This document shows, one piece after another, positions 9,549-18,391 of a stretch of 64,000 bases of DNA. Position numbers and translations under genes: made by a program. Position 1 is the first letter of the stretch, and each line of letters opens with the position of its first letter. A model generated the notes under the pieces. The model ran no database searches. It was not told the origin of the DNA and saw only the letters and a program-made list of their open reading frames with translations. Source of the DNA: Candidatus Uhrbacteria bacterium (GTDB lineage: Bacteria; Patescibacteriota; Patescibacteriia; UBA9934). The stretch is from NCBI GenBank assembly GCA_018673485.1, contig JABHCP010000002.1, positions 1,502 to 65,501 on the forward strand, written 5' to 3'.

Positions 9549-9702
9549 GTGTCATTCTGAGTGAATGCAGCGGCTCTCGCGCTTCCTTTATGTCCATCTT
9601 GTATAGATCGTTGTACAGCGCGTTGTTGTTTTGAGCTTTGTGTTTTTTCATGTAAGCTAAAAGTGTCTCATTTAGCCCCGAATGGTCGGGAAAGGAGTGA
9701 GT

Positions 9703-10161
9703 ATGAGGCAGTCTGTGTGCATCGATTGTCGGGCATGTCCTGACAAGGTTGAGCCGGTTCAACTGGGGCCAAACGATCATGAGAACATGCGCAACTGGAG
9801 TGAGGAGGAGCGCCAGGTTCTGTGCAGAGACAGTGCCGTTGTCATTGAGGGTGAGTCGGTACCAGAGAGCTCCATCGATACTGTGTGGGAGGTACTGCAG
9901 GCTGGGAGGGGATTTACGGTGATCGACAAAGGCGGACGGCGTCATGAATTTCCCCAGGAAGAAGGTATTAGCGAGCTGGAGTTCAGAGATCGCCACTGTG
10001 ATGGCTTGCGCATCTACATTTTCGTGCAGACATCGGAAAAGACAGCCACCATTTCACGCAGAGAATGGCCCAGTCGAGATTTGGCAAACGTAAATTGCAT
10101 CTCAAAGGCTGTAGAGAATGGACAGAGGCGTGGTAGGGCCCCAGTCTTGTTTCGCACGTAA
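9703..10161 (+). CDS. hypothetical small protein with N-terminal CxxCxxC motif (GC-enriched gene)
   Basis: Strong RBS aaaggagtgagt before ATG at 9703; about 55% GC versus about 42% background; own terminator hairpin ccccatgcc...ggtatgggg at 10205-10230. Confidence 0.45.
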   Translation: MRQSVCIDCRACPDKVEPVQLGPNDHENMRNWSEEERQVLCRDSAVVIEGESVPESSIDTVWEVLQAGRGFTVIDKGGRRHEFPQEEGISELEFRDRHCDGLRIYIFVQTSEKTATISRREWPSRDLANVNCISKAVENGQRRGRAPVLFRT

Positions 10162-10261
10162 TGTGCACTTGTTTAAGAGTCGAGCTTTCGCGCTCCTCTT
10201 GCGTCCACCCCATGCCAAACGCGGTATGGGGTGTTGTTGTTTGTGGAAAAAAGGGATTGAA

Positions 10262-10395
10262 GAGGTCGATGGCATTGAGGGGATTTAAAAACCACCCATC
10301 CCGACGATAGGAGGGATCCCGTGCGCAGCCGATTAAACGTTGGGCTATCTACGGGATTCCTCACTCCGTTCGGAATGGGTGGTTTATTTTTTTTG
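10262..10395. repeat. hairpin repeat module (family D copy 1) with outer inverted repeat aaaccacccatcc / ggaatgggtggttt and T-run
   Basis: Core ggatcccgtgcgYagccgatYtaacgt shared with 22283-22395; catcccgacg-taRggagggatc shared with 50672-50700. Confidence 0.6.
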
Positions 10396-10410
10396 AACTG
10401 CCTACTGCTC

Positions 10411-11382
10411 CTATCGTTTTTTCTTAATCACTCTCTGCGCTGCCTTTACTATCCATGGGGCGGTGAGTTTGTAGTGTTCTAGGAGTTCTTGTGGCGTTCC
10501 TGATTGTCCGAATTCGTCTTGGAGTCCGATGCGCTCAATTGGAACAGGGAATTCTTCGCTTAATAATTCGGCTACAGCTGAGCCCATACCTCCAGCGGCT
10601 TGAGCTTCTTCCGCCGTGACCACACACCCACATTCTTTTGCAGCTGCGAGGATTGTTTTCTCGTCCATTGGTTTTACGCTGGCATTATTAATGACCTGTG
10701 TTTTGATTCCGAGCTTTGATAATTGATCTGCCGCGAGCATGCATTCATATAATATTGGTCCGCAGCCAATGAGCGCCACGTCCGATCCCTTTAATAGTAC
10801 TTGAGCTTTTCCGATTTCAAACTTTGCCGATGGTGTAGTGAAGACTGGACTCTTTGCGCGAGCGAATCGGAGATATACGGGTCCTTTTTTCTTGGCAGCT
10901 GCGATCGTGGCCTTATGAGTTTCATTCGCGTCACATGGAACTAGCACTGTCATCTCGGGTAACACTCGCATCAAGGCGATGTCTTCAGTCATTTGATGCG
11001 TTGCGCCATCTGGTCCAACGGAAACTCCAGCATGTGCACCTGCAATTTTTAAATTCATCTTCTGCAAACATCCTGTGGTTCTAATTTGTTCCCAGTTTCG
11101 TCCAGGTGAGAACGCCGCGTAGCTTGAGATGAAGGCTGTCTTGCCAGCTAGTGCCATTCCAGCGCCAATTGCAGCCAGTGATTGTTCGCTAACTCCCATT
11201 TGCACAAATCGATCAGGATATGCGTCTTTAAAAGCCTGAACTCGCGTTGAGTCTGTTAGGTCAGCCGAAAGAACGTAGACGTTCTTGTTTGTTTTTCCAA
11301 GTTCAACCAAAGCGTCGCCGTATCCATTGCGGGTAGGGACGTGCTTGAGTGTATTTTTATTTTTCCAGCTGCGAATCAGCAT
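10411..11382 (-). CDS. transketolase, C-terminal subunit (pyrimidine-binding + C-terminal domains)
   Basis: Characteristic split-transketolase C-terminal-half sequence. Confidence 0.9.
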   Translation of the reverse strand: MLIRSWKNKNTLKHVPTRNGYGDALVELGKTNKNVYVLSADLTDSTRVQAFKDAYPDRFVQMGVSEQSLAAIGAGMALAGKTAFISSYAAFSPGRNWEQIRTTGCLQKMNLKIAGAHAGVSVGPDGATHQMTEDIALMRVLPEMTVLVPCDANETHKATIAAAKKKGPVYLRFARAKSPVFTTPSAKFEIGKAQVLLKGSDVALIGCGPILYECMLAADQLSKLGIKTQVINNASVKPMDEKTILAAAKECGCVVTAEEAQAAGGMGSAVAELLSEEFPVPIERIGLQDEFGQSGTPQELLEHYKLTAPWIVKAAQRVIKKKR

Positions 11383-11385
11383 AAT

Positions 11386-12294
11386 TTATTTTCGATATTT
11401 TCGGTAAATCCATCGTCCACCAAAGAACAGGATAAGAATTGGAATTATTGCAGCGCCACCGACTATCGCAAGTTCAATGACTCCTAGAACAAGACCTTGA
11501 AATAGGCGGATTACGGTTTGCGCTGAGTCCTTAATGGTTTGCAATGGGCGAAATTCGTCAGAACCCAATGTGATGGACGTTGCCTGTTCCAAGTAAATGC
11601 TGATCGTTGAGTAGCTGGTGGCACCTTGGTAGTGCTCAAGCTGTGCTTCGTAACGTTCGATCTCTTCACGAACATTTGAAAGATAGTATTGAACATTTAA
11701 AATATCCTCAACAGTTGTTGCTTGGTTTAATACTGACACGTACGCTACCTCTTCTGCTTGAGAATTAGAAAGACGTGCTTGAATATCAATAACTTGCTCA
11801 GTTACATCATCTGCGTTTACATTTTCTGATGTCACTGATTGAGCGATGTCCTTAATCGAATTCATAGCCGAATCGAATTGAGATTCCTCGACTTTCAGCT
11901 CAATGTCACCATAGGTGTAATCACCGCGTGAATAAATGTATCGATTTGTAACCGTTCCATTGTATTGAGTAGCGATTGCTGATAGTTGATCTGCGGCTGT
12001 ATTAATATCCTCTACTATCAACTCAACGTCACCGGTTTTGATTACGTATTGTTCCTCCTCAGCGATATCATATGCATCTTCGTCGTAATACATATCATCT
12101 GATTCAAAATCACCATATGATCCAAGGTCATCAAACGATCTAGAAACCTGTGATAGGGCGGAGCTTTCTACTGTGAATGTTCCAGTTGAGTCATTAGCGA
12201 TATCTACGGAGTTAAGTAGAAGGCTGAAGAAAAATAGAATCACTATAATGATCGCAAGAATCGAAAGGCGTTTTTTTGTCATCGATATATTCAT
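11386..12294 (-). CDS. membrane protein with N- and C-terminal TM helices (DUF4349-like)
   Basis: 302 aa; TM helices at both ends, acidic middle with a coiled-coil-like region; inserted between the two transketolase halves. Confidence 0.5.
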   Translation of the reverse strand: MNISMTKKRLSILAIIIVILFFFSLLLNSVDIANDSTGTFTVESSALSQVSRSFDDLGSYGDFESDDMYYDEDAYDIAEEEQYVIKTGDVELIVEDINTAADQLSAIATQYNGTVTNRYIYSRGDYTYGDIELKVEESQFDSAMNSIKDIAQSVTSENVNADDVTEQVIDIQARLSNSQAEEVAYVSVLNQATTVEDILNVQYYLSNVREEIERYEAQLEHYQGATSYSTISIYLEQATSITLGSDEFRPLQTIKDSAQTVIRLFQGLVLGVIELAIVGGAAIIPILILFFGGRWIYRKYRK

Positions 12295-12310
12295 AATTGG
12301 TATTTACTGC

Positions 12311-12399
12311 GTCATCCCTAGCTACGACCAGGGATCCATCGTTTATCGGATTGAATTTAGTTTACTGTAATGATGGGTTCCTGCTTTCGCAGGAATGAC
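12311..12399. repeat. compound hairpin repeat element (family A copy 2)
   Basis: gtcatccctagctacgaccagggatccatcgtttatcgga ... atgatgggttcctgctttcgcaggaatgac. Confidence 0.65.
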
Positions 12400-12412
12400 A
12401 AGTTATTTAATA

Positions 12413-13291
12413 TTATTCACCAGCTTTGATTTTGCCATTTAAAGTTCGTAGTGCAGTAAGTGCTCGTTTGAGCTCTGCTTTATCCTTTGGTGGTTTACCG
12501 TGCCATATTGGTTCGAACTCCATGAAGTCAACGCCTTTTCCAGGGGTTGTGTGAGCGATGATCACGCATGGTTGCTCGTAAATTGATTGAGCGTATGCGC
12601 AAGCATCAACTATCTCACGAATGTTGTGCCCATCGACTTCAATCACGTGAAAATTAAACGCTTCAAACTTATCAACGAGTGGTTCAAGCGGCATGATATC
12701 CTCTGTGTAGCCGTCTATCTGAATATTATTGCGATCAATAATCCAGGTCATATTGTGTAATGTGTTGCGTCCGGCGAAAAGTGCGGCTTCCCAGGTTATT
12801 CCGGCTTGCAGCTCTCCATCTGACATAACGCAATACGTATGCCATGGTAGTTTTTCTTGTTTTGCAATGTAGGCGAGTCCTGCGGCCTGCGGTGATCCGT
12901 CACCGAGTGGTCCGGATGTACTTTCAAGACCAGGTAGGTGGGTCATTTCCGGGTGACCTTGCAGGCGTGAGCCAAATTGACGCAGAGTCGCGAGCTCACT
13001 CTTAGGAAAGTACCCGGCGTGCGCCATTGCTGTGTATCGGATTGGTACAGTATGCCCGCATGAAAGAATGAGCCGATCACGGTCTTTCATGTTTGGCTTT
13101 TTAGGGTTATGCACCAGGACGTGAAAATAAAGTGCTGTAAAAATATCAGCAAGTCCAAGGGGGCCAGCTGAATGTCCACTGCCAGCTGCCTCGAGCATTG
13201 TTAAAAGATCAACGCGAATGTCTCGCGCTCTTTTTTCAAGTGCGAAGAGTTTCTTTTCTGATAGTTGTTTAATGTCACGTACTGGGGGCAT
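12413..13291 (-). CDS. transketolase, N-terminal subunit (TPP-binding)
   Basis: GHSAGPLGLADIFTALYFHV TPP-binding signature. Confidence 0.9.
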   Translation of the reverse strand: MPPVRDIKQLSEKKLFALEKRARDIRVDLLTMLEAAGSGHSAGPLGLADIFTALYFHVLVHNPKKPNMKDRDRLILSCGHTVPIRYTAMAHAGYFPKSELATLRQFGSRLQGHPEMTHLPGLESTSGPLGDGSPQAAGLAYIAKQEKLPWHTYCVMSDGELQAGITWEAALFAGRNTLHNMTWIIDRNNIQIDGYTEDIMPLEPLVDKFEAFNFHVIEVDGHNIREIVDACAYAQSIYEQPCVIIAHTTPGKGVDFMEFEPIWHGKPPKDKAELKRALTALRTLNGKIKAGE

Positions 13292-13320
13292 AGGGTAGTA
13301 GCTGAAAGTATAAAGTTGAA

Positions 13321-13493
13321 AGTATCCTTTTTTGTCATCCTGAACAAAGTGAAGGATCTACTCATCGAGCTCAGCTCGACTCAAGAAGATTTCTCTCTAC
13401 GTTCGAAATGGGAAATTAATTTTCATCTCAACGCATCGGAGAGGTCCTCTCAATCTAGTTGATCCTTCGCGGAGCCTCAGGATGATAATTTAT
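13321..13493. repeat. composite intergenic repeat (family B copy 2, plus ccttcgcRgagcctcaggatga module)
   Basis: ctcaagaagatttctctctacgttcgaaatgg shared with 50700-50735 and 40240-40262; gatccttcgcggagcctcaggatgat shared with 25640-25668. Confidence 0.6.
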
Positions 13494-13904
13494 TTACTCC
13501 TCGAATTTGATTTGCAACAGTGCAAACGTGGCTACAAAGACACCACTAACAAAATGTGACCAGGCGAAGCCATTGAGGTCAAAGTCTACTGCAAAAGGTG
13601 CCACAGCTATCCATACACCAAGCACAAGTTGTAAGTAGTGCATTGACTTTAATCCAGGATTCTTCTTAGAAAGCTGTTCAAGTGTTGCTGCAATTAGTGC
13701 AAGAGCACAGATGCCAAGCCCCAGGAACAGATCATCCCATTTTAGTAGATCGATGATGTTAACTTGCGCGAAGACCGATTCACCTAAAACGAGCTGCAAA
13801 ATATCATCTCCGATAAACGGAACCAGGATTATCCAGAGTGCAATAACAAATACTATCCAGTGCAATACGCGCATGTTGTGATGATCTGATCGCAAGAGTT
13901 TCAT
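13494..13904 (-). CDS. small polytopic membrane protein (SPW-repeat-like)
   Basis: Four predicted TM helices; paired WIILVPF / WIAVAPF motifs resemble SPW-repeat proteins. Confidence 0.5.
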   Translation of the reverse strand: MKLLRSDHHNMRVLHWIVFVIALWIILVPFIGDDILQLVLGESVFAQVNIIDLLKWDDLFLGLGICALALIAATLEQLSKKNPGLKSMHYLQLVLGVWIAVAPFAVDFDLNGFAWSHFVSGVFVATFALLQIKFEE

Positions 13905-14012
13905 ATGTGTTTATTATATCGCAGGTAGTAGGAAGTAGGAAGTAGAAAATAGAACACAAAAAGTCTCGATCGCTCGAGACTTTTTACTTTAACTATAAAC
14001 TTTGACCTTTAT

Positions 14013-14843
14013 CTATTCAGTACAATCGTCAGCATCGTCTCCGACGTAGATTGCTCCAGAGTTTGCACTGTCGTATCCGTCGTAGAAGCTGAATGTTCCG
14101 TCTTCATCAAATGTTTCAATGTATTCAACTGCCGCTGCCATTGTTCCACTTCCCCATGTTAGGTTGTCTGCTGTGACTGAGTGATTATCACTGTCATTGT
14201 TGATGAATCGTACACCTTGCCCTACTTCTATTCCAGCGCAGATTGGATCAAATCCATCTGAGTCTATTACGATCTCTGCAGGAGCTAGCAGTCCTTTATC
14301 ATCTCCAATGTTTAGTGCGCTCGCTTCTTCTTCATCTGCGTCATAGTCGCCGATTTCAGCAATAGCGTCACCTACTGTGTAGTTTGAGAAAAATCCGTCT
14401 GGTACATCATCAATCATTGTGTTCCAAGAAGATCCATACATATCAATAGCCACTTCCTCAGTTGTAACGTGTCGTAGCGTTCCGCCAGCTGCGATTGCGT
14501 ATGTTCTATGGTCAGATGTAACCTTTACCATCTTTACGCCTGGTTTATATGTTACATTCGCACCAATTTGGATTTTAGCTAGGTCAGAGTCCGAGATCCA
14601 TTCAACTGATTCAAAGTCGCTGTACCAAGTGAAGTATGTTTTGTCATTTGGGAACACGTAGCGTAGCCCGTCTGCCCCTATGTAATAAACAGCAGTGAAA
14701 GTTTCTCCTCGAACTAGGTCGCCGGCCTCAATGTCATCGTAGCTAGTAAGAGCTTGTGCTTGTTGGATGCCAAAGAAGGCACCAAAGGCCATTAGAATCG
14801 CCACAAGAGCGATAGCGGATCGTTTGATCGTTGAAGTATTCAT
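14013..14843 (-). CDS. secreted acidic hypothetical protein
   Basis: Signal peptide MNTSTIKRSAIALVAILMAFGAFFGIQQAQA; D/E-rich. Confidence 0.55.
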   Translation of the reverse strand: MNTSTIKRSAIALVAILMAFGAFFGIQQAQALTSYDDIEAGDLVRGETFTAVYYIGADGLRYVFPNDKTYFTWYSDFESVEWISDSDLAKIQIGANVTYKPGVKMVKVTSDHRTYAIAAGGTLRHVTTEEVAIDMYGSSWNTMIDDVPDGFFSNYTVGDAIAEIGDYDADEEEASALNIGDDKGLLAPAEIVIDSDGFDPICAGIEVGQGVRFINNDSDNHSVTADNLTWGSGTMAAAVEYIETFDEDGTFSFYDGYDSANSGAIYVGDDADDCTE

Positions 14844-14894
14844 AATAAAATGAGTGTTTAATTCCTGATTATTCTAACATGTATTATTTGATTC

Positions 14895-15995
14895 TCAAAC
14901 ATCATAAGTGGACAGACTGTTGAGGGCCTTTGCTGGATCTTTTGCTTTCCAAATGACCGAAGATACGCAAAGCTGTTGGGCCCCAGCGTTAATTATGCTC
15001 TGTACTGAGTCTTGATTGATGCCACCGTCAACGGAAATCGGGATATTTGGGTATTTCTTTGTTACTTTTTTGATTTTCTTGAGGATTTTTTTACCTAGAA
15101 ATGATTGGCCTGATGCACCTGGGTGTACGCCCATTATTAAAATCGTATCGAGTAAATGCACGAGTGGCTTTATGATCTTGATCGGAGTTTCGGGATTAAG
15201 AGCCAGGCCTACATCGAGTCCTAGATTTTTTGCATAAGCAAGAATTGGTTTCAATGGTTTGTCGATCTCCGCATGGATTATCACGCGCCTGAGTGTTGGA
15301 ATGTTGAATTTCCATTCCTCGATTATTGGTAGGGGATCGAGGGCCATGAGGTGAAGCTCAATCTCGGGCAGATCTTTGATTTTTGATATTTGTTTGGCGT
15401 CAAAGAAAGAACGGGACTCAAACATCGAGTCGTCAAGTACATCGATTTGCCAGATTGAAGCTAGTTTACGAACTCCCGAGTTGAGAATTCGTTTTTTGAA
15501 TAGATCAAAATTTTGTACAAGGATCGCAGGCACTATCTCGACTTGTTTATTTTCAAATTGAGCGACCTGTGCCAGGCGACGCTTGTGACGTGCAGCTTGT
15601 TTGAAAGGAGTCTTTATAAATGTTTGCGCAATTTCGATTGGGTCGTCGATTGTTTCAATGCGTCCTGGAATGCAGATGATGTTTGCGTTGTCATCTTGCC
15701 GCATTGTGCGGGCTGCCTCGTTGGAGAATCCTAGACCGGCACGTACGTCATCAAATTTGTTGGCTGCAATGCAAACTCCCTCGGCATTTCCGCATGACAG
15801 AATTCCAAGCGCTCCTTTGTGGTTTGTGACGGCTCGAGCCACGTCGGCTGCATATTGTGGGTAATCATCTTTTGGATCCAGTTCATGAGCGCCAAGGTCT
15901 TCTACGTGGTGACCGTGCGTTTCGAGCTTTGCCTTGAGCGATTCCTTCATGATAAATCCTGCATGATCTGCTCCAATGTAAATAGTTTGTTTCAT
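14895..15995 (-). CDS. bifunctional ribose-5-phosphate isomerase B / ribulose-phosphate 3-epimerase fusion
   Basis: N-terminal RpiB (IYIGADHAGF ... SCGNAEGVCIAANK), C-terminal Rpe (MGVHPGASGQSF, SVDGGIN). Confidence 0.8.
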   Translation of the reverse strand: MKQTIYIGADHAGFIMKESLKAKLETHGHHVEDLGAHELDPKDDYPQYAADVARAVTNHKGALGILSCGNAEGVCIAANKFDDVRAGLGFSNEAARTMRQDDNANIICIPGRIETIDDPIEIAQTFIKTPFKQAARHKRRLAQVAQFENKQVEIVPAILVQNFDLFKKRILNSGVRKLASIWQIDVLDDSMFESRSFFDAKQISKIKDLPEIELHLMALDPLPIIEEWKFNIPTLRRVIIHAEIDKPLKPILAYAKNLGLDVGLALNPETPIKIIKPLVHLLDTILIMGVHPGASGQSFLGKKILKKIKKVTKKYPNIPISVDGGINQDSVQSIINAGAQQLCVSSVIWKAKDPAKALNSLSTYDV

Positions 15996-16005
15996 ATAGT
16001 CTTGT

Positions 16006-16506
16006 CTACCAATCAGTTACAGAACCTCGTTGTTTTTTTAATCGTCCCACCGTTTTTTTGTTTTTCAACCGTTTTTCTTTAGTGCTGCGTGATGGCTTTG
16101 TTACTTTTCGTACTTTTTGTATTTTTAGTGCCTCGCTAAGATATTCGTGCAGAATTTTCATCACGTCTCTTTTATTACTCGCGAGAGATTTGTTCCTTGT
16201 TGAAGTAATATAGATTTCGCCCTCACCTACAAATTGACTAGGTTTATTTTTCTGCATCCAATTCGTGACGCGTTCTTTTTCAGCGTCATTGAGTATTGTG
16301 GAGTCAGCAGGAGTCCAGCGAAACTCCGCAGTCTTTGCAGTTTTGTTTACATTTTGCCCACCAGGCCCAGCTGATGACTTTGTGACACTTATGGTTCCTT
16401 CTTGCCGGATAGCTTGCATGTCAGCTTTTGAAACTGATTCGCGTATTGTTTTCGGATTAGTACGTTCCAGTTGATCTATCCGTGAGTCTGTTTCTCTATT
16501 AATCAT
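16006..16506 (-). CDS. peptidyl-tRNA hydrolase ArfB-like (GGQ domain + basic C-tail)
   Basis: GPGGQNVNKT motif followed by K/R-rich tail. Confidence 0.7.
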   Translation of the reverse strand: MINRETDSRIDQLERTNPKTIRESVSKADMQAIRQEGTISVTKSSAGPGGQNVNKTAKTAEFRWTPADSTILNDAEKERVTNWMQKNKPSQFVGEGEIYITSTRNKSLASNKRDVMKILHEYLSEALKIQKVRKVTKPSRSTKEKRLKNKKTVGRLKKQRGSVTDW

Positions 16507-16626
16507 ATAGATTTGTTCATTCTCATTCTACCATTTTTGTGTTTTTTTACTGAAAGCGTAAACCCTACACCAGTCGGTGTAGGGCGCGGCCCTGCGAGTT
16601 GTACGAGGGGAGGGCGAGAGATGGGA

Positions 16627-17058
16627 TCATTGGATCATGGTGGGGTCGAGTTCTGCGCCTTCGGGCCACATGGCCTCGGGTGGCAGGTCGGTCAGGCCGA
16701 ACTTGTCAGGATCGCCGAAGAAGATGGAGAATTTGATCTGCAGATCGCCGTTGCGTACAGTGAGGTCATGCATCCCTTCCGATGGTCGTAGTGAGCGCAT
16801 CTGGTTGTCATGCAAAGGGATGCCCATGTGCGTGAGGGTTCGATCGCAGAGATCGTTTGGCGTGCTGAGCGTCCCAGCGACATTTCCACAGATCAAGCCG
16901 ATGGTGATCTCGACTGGGCCCATCACACGTTCGATGAAGTCGGGGTGGACACCGTTGATCGTCATCTTGTTGTTGAGCCTGATGATGGATGGGTCGCGTT
17001 CATCTACGTCGTAGTACACACGGTGACCACGATATTGAATGAGCAGTGCGTTTGCCAT
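16627..17058 (-). CDS. GC-rich small protein, paralog A of a tandem triplet (unknown function)
   Basis: Over 60% GC; alignable to 17695-18129 (LLIQYRGH / LLVVRSGH, VAGTL / IAGTL, FGLTDLP / YGLRGYNLEP). Confidence 0.5.
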   Translation of the reverse strand: MANALLIQYRGHRVYYDVDERDPSIIRLNNKMTINGVHPDFIERVMGPVEITIGLICGNVAGTLSTPNDLCDRTLTHMGIPLHDNQMRSLRPSEGMHDLTVRNGDLQIKFSIFFGDPDKFGLTDLPPEAMWPEGAELDPTMIQ

Positions 17059-17185
17059 GCGGGTCTCCGAGGTGGGGGTTGAGGACTATATTGACGTTAG
17101 CAATGATGATGATTCGCGTCAATAAAGTGTAAGCCCCGCAGCCGACTGTGTCGGCGCGGGGTAGTGAGGTGGTCGTGAAGCGCAT

Positions 17186-17554
17186 CTAGCGACCGAACTG
17201 GATCAGGGTCGGTGGTGCTCCAGTTGCGCTGACGTAGTAGTGAAGGACGAGTTCGTGATCTTCACGAATCAACCGAAGCTCATGCACACCACTACTTGGG
17301 TAGGTTGTGGCCTGTGTGGTGCGGCTTCCATTGAAGAAGGCGCGGATGTCGCCACGGATAGCGAATACGATTCGCTCCGCTTGCGGTGTCACGATGATCC
17401 ACGTATTGCCCATCAGCGCGCTCACGAAGTCTGCTTGGGCGCCGCGCACATCCATATGGCTATCAAAGACCATTTCATCGTCTTCGTAGCGAGGGTTGAT
17501 GGGATAGAAGAGCCCATCGAGGACTCGTCCTAACATGAAGATGGGGAGTGCCAT
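17186..17554 (-). CDS. GC-rich small protein, paralog B of a tandem triplet
   Basis: Strong RBS aaggagagacaac; HELRLIREDHELVLHYY aligns to HRLKIIRGDQEVELCLEY of paralog C. Confidence 0.5.
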   Translation of the reverse strand: MALPIFMLGRVLDGLFYPINPRYEDDEMVFDSHMDVRGAQADFVSALMGNTWIIVTPQAERIVFAIRGDIRAFFNGSRTTQATTYPSSGVHELRLIREDHELVLHYYVSATGAPPTLIQFGR

Positions 17555-17694
17555 GTTGTCTCTCCTTGCCTTTTGGCGTTGAGGTTGGCTAAATAGAGTA
17601 GTACTTTTTTACAAATATGTCAACCCAACCTGAAAGCAGTGAGCCCCGCAGCCGATCGTATCGGTGCGGGGCAGGGCGAGCTCACGAGGGCGCG

Positions 17695-18129
17695 TTAGGC
17701 GCCGAGGCGTGGAGGTTTGTTGGGGGTGGGTCTGGTCAGTCGTGGTGTCACGGGTTCCAGGTTGTAGCCGCGCAGGCCGTAGTTGTACTCGAGGCAGAGC
17801 TCAACCTCCTGGTCACCACGGATGATCTTGAGGCGGTGTTGCGAGTGGTCTGGCCCCAAGACGATGCCAGTGCACCACCGGCCATGGACCCTCACTTCAA
17901 TCTCGTTGACACGCAGAGTGCCCGCGATCGCCAGTCGGAAGCTATCATCTTGTTGATCTGGGATGAGCCGGATGACCAGGTCGCCTAGGACATCTTGGAT
18001 CTTGCGAATCGGGATCATGTGGATACTCATCCGCTTGTCGATGACGAAGTGGCCATCATCTTTGTTTCGTTGCAGGCGAGCCTTGCTGTGTCCGCTTCGG
18101 ACTACGAGTAGTGGTTTTGCGTAACTCAT
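17695..18129 (-). CDS. GC-rich small protein, paralog C of a tandem triplet
   Basis: Followed by hairpin agccccgcagccgatcgtatcggtgcgggg, near-identical to the hairpin after paralog B. Confidence 0.5.
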   Translation of the reverse strand: MSYAKPLLVVRSGHSKARLQRNKDDGHFVIDKRMSIHMIPIRKIQDVLGDLVIRLIPDQQDDSFRLAIAGTLRVNEIEVRVHGRWCTGIVLGPDHSQHRLKIIRGDQEVELCLEYNYGLRGYNLEPVTPRLTRPTPNKPPRLGA

Positions 18130-18391
18130 TCGAACTCTCTTTGCCCATTTAGGGCTGCTGGGGTCGTCAGAAAGGTAACAGTTTCAGCGCCAAAGGTCAA
18201 TCATTATGGTAACTTCGATAATACTGTATCGTCTAGTTAGATATGAAGTCGCAAATCATTATTAATCAGATTATTATTACGCCCTAACAAGCGCAGGACT
18301 TTCGATATCATAGATTATAATAAAGAAACCCTGCGCAGAGCAGGGATTTTTGCTTGATCTAAGCCCGATTCATTGATAATATTACAGCATT

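Noticed and set aside
9481-9996. 171 aa ORF on the minus strand
   Set aside because: It runs through the palindromic repeat and the RBS and start of the plus-strand GC-enriched gene. Its composition is implausible, so it is likely spurious.
13905-13945. Tandem GTAGGAAGTAG repeats considered as a mini-satellite or CRISPR-like repeat
   Set aside because: There are only 3-4 short units. They are better explained as part of a recurring promoter architecture upstream of leaderless starts.
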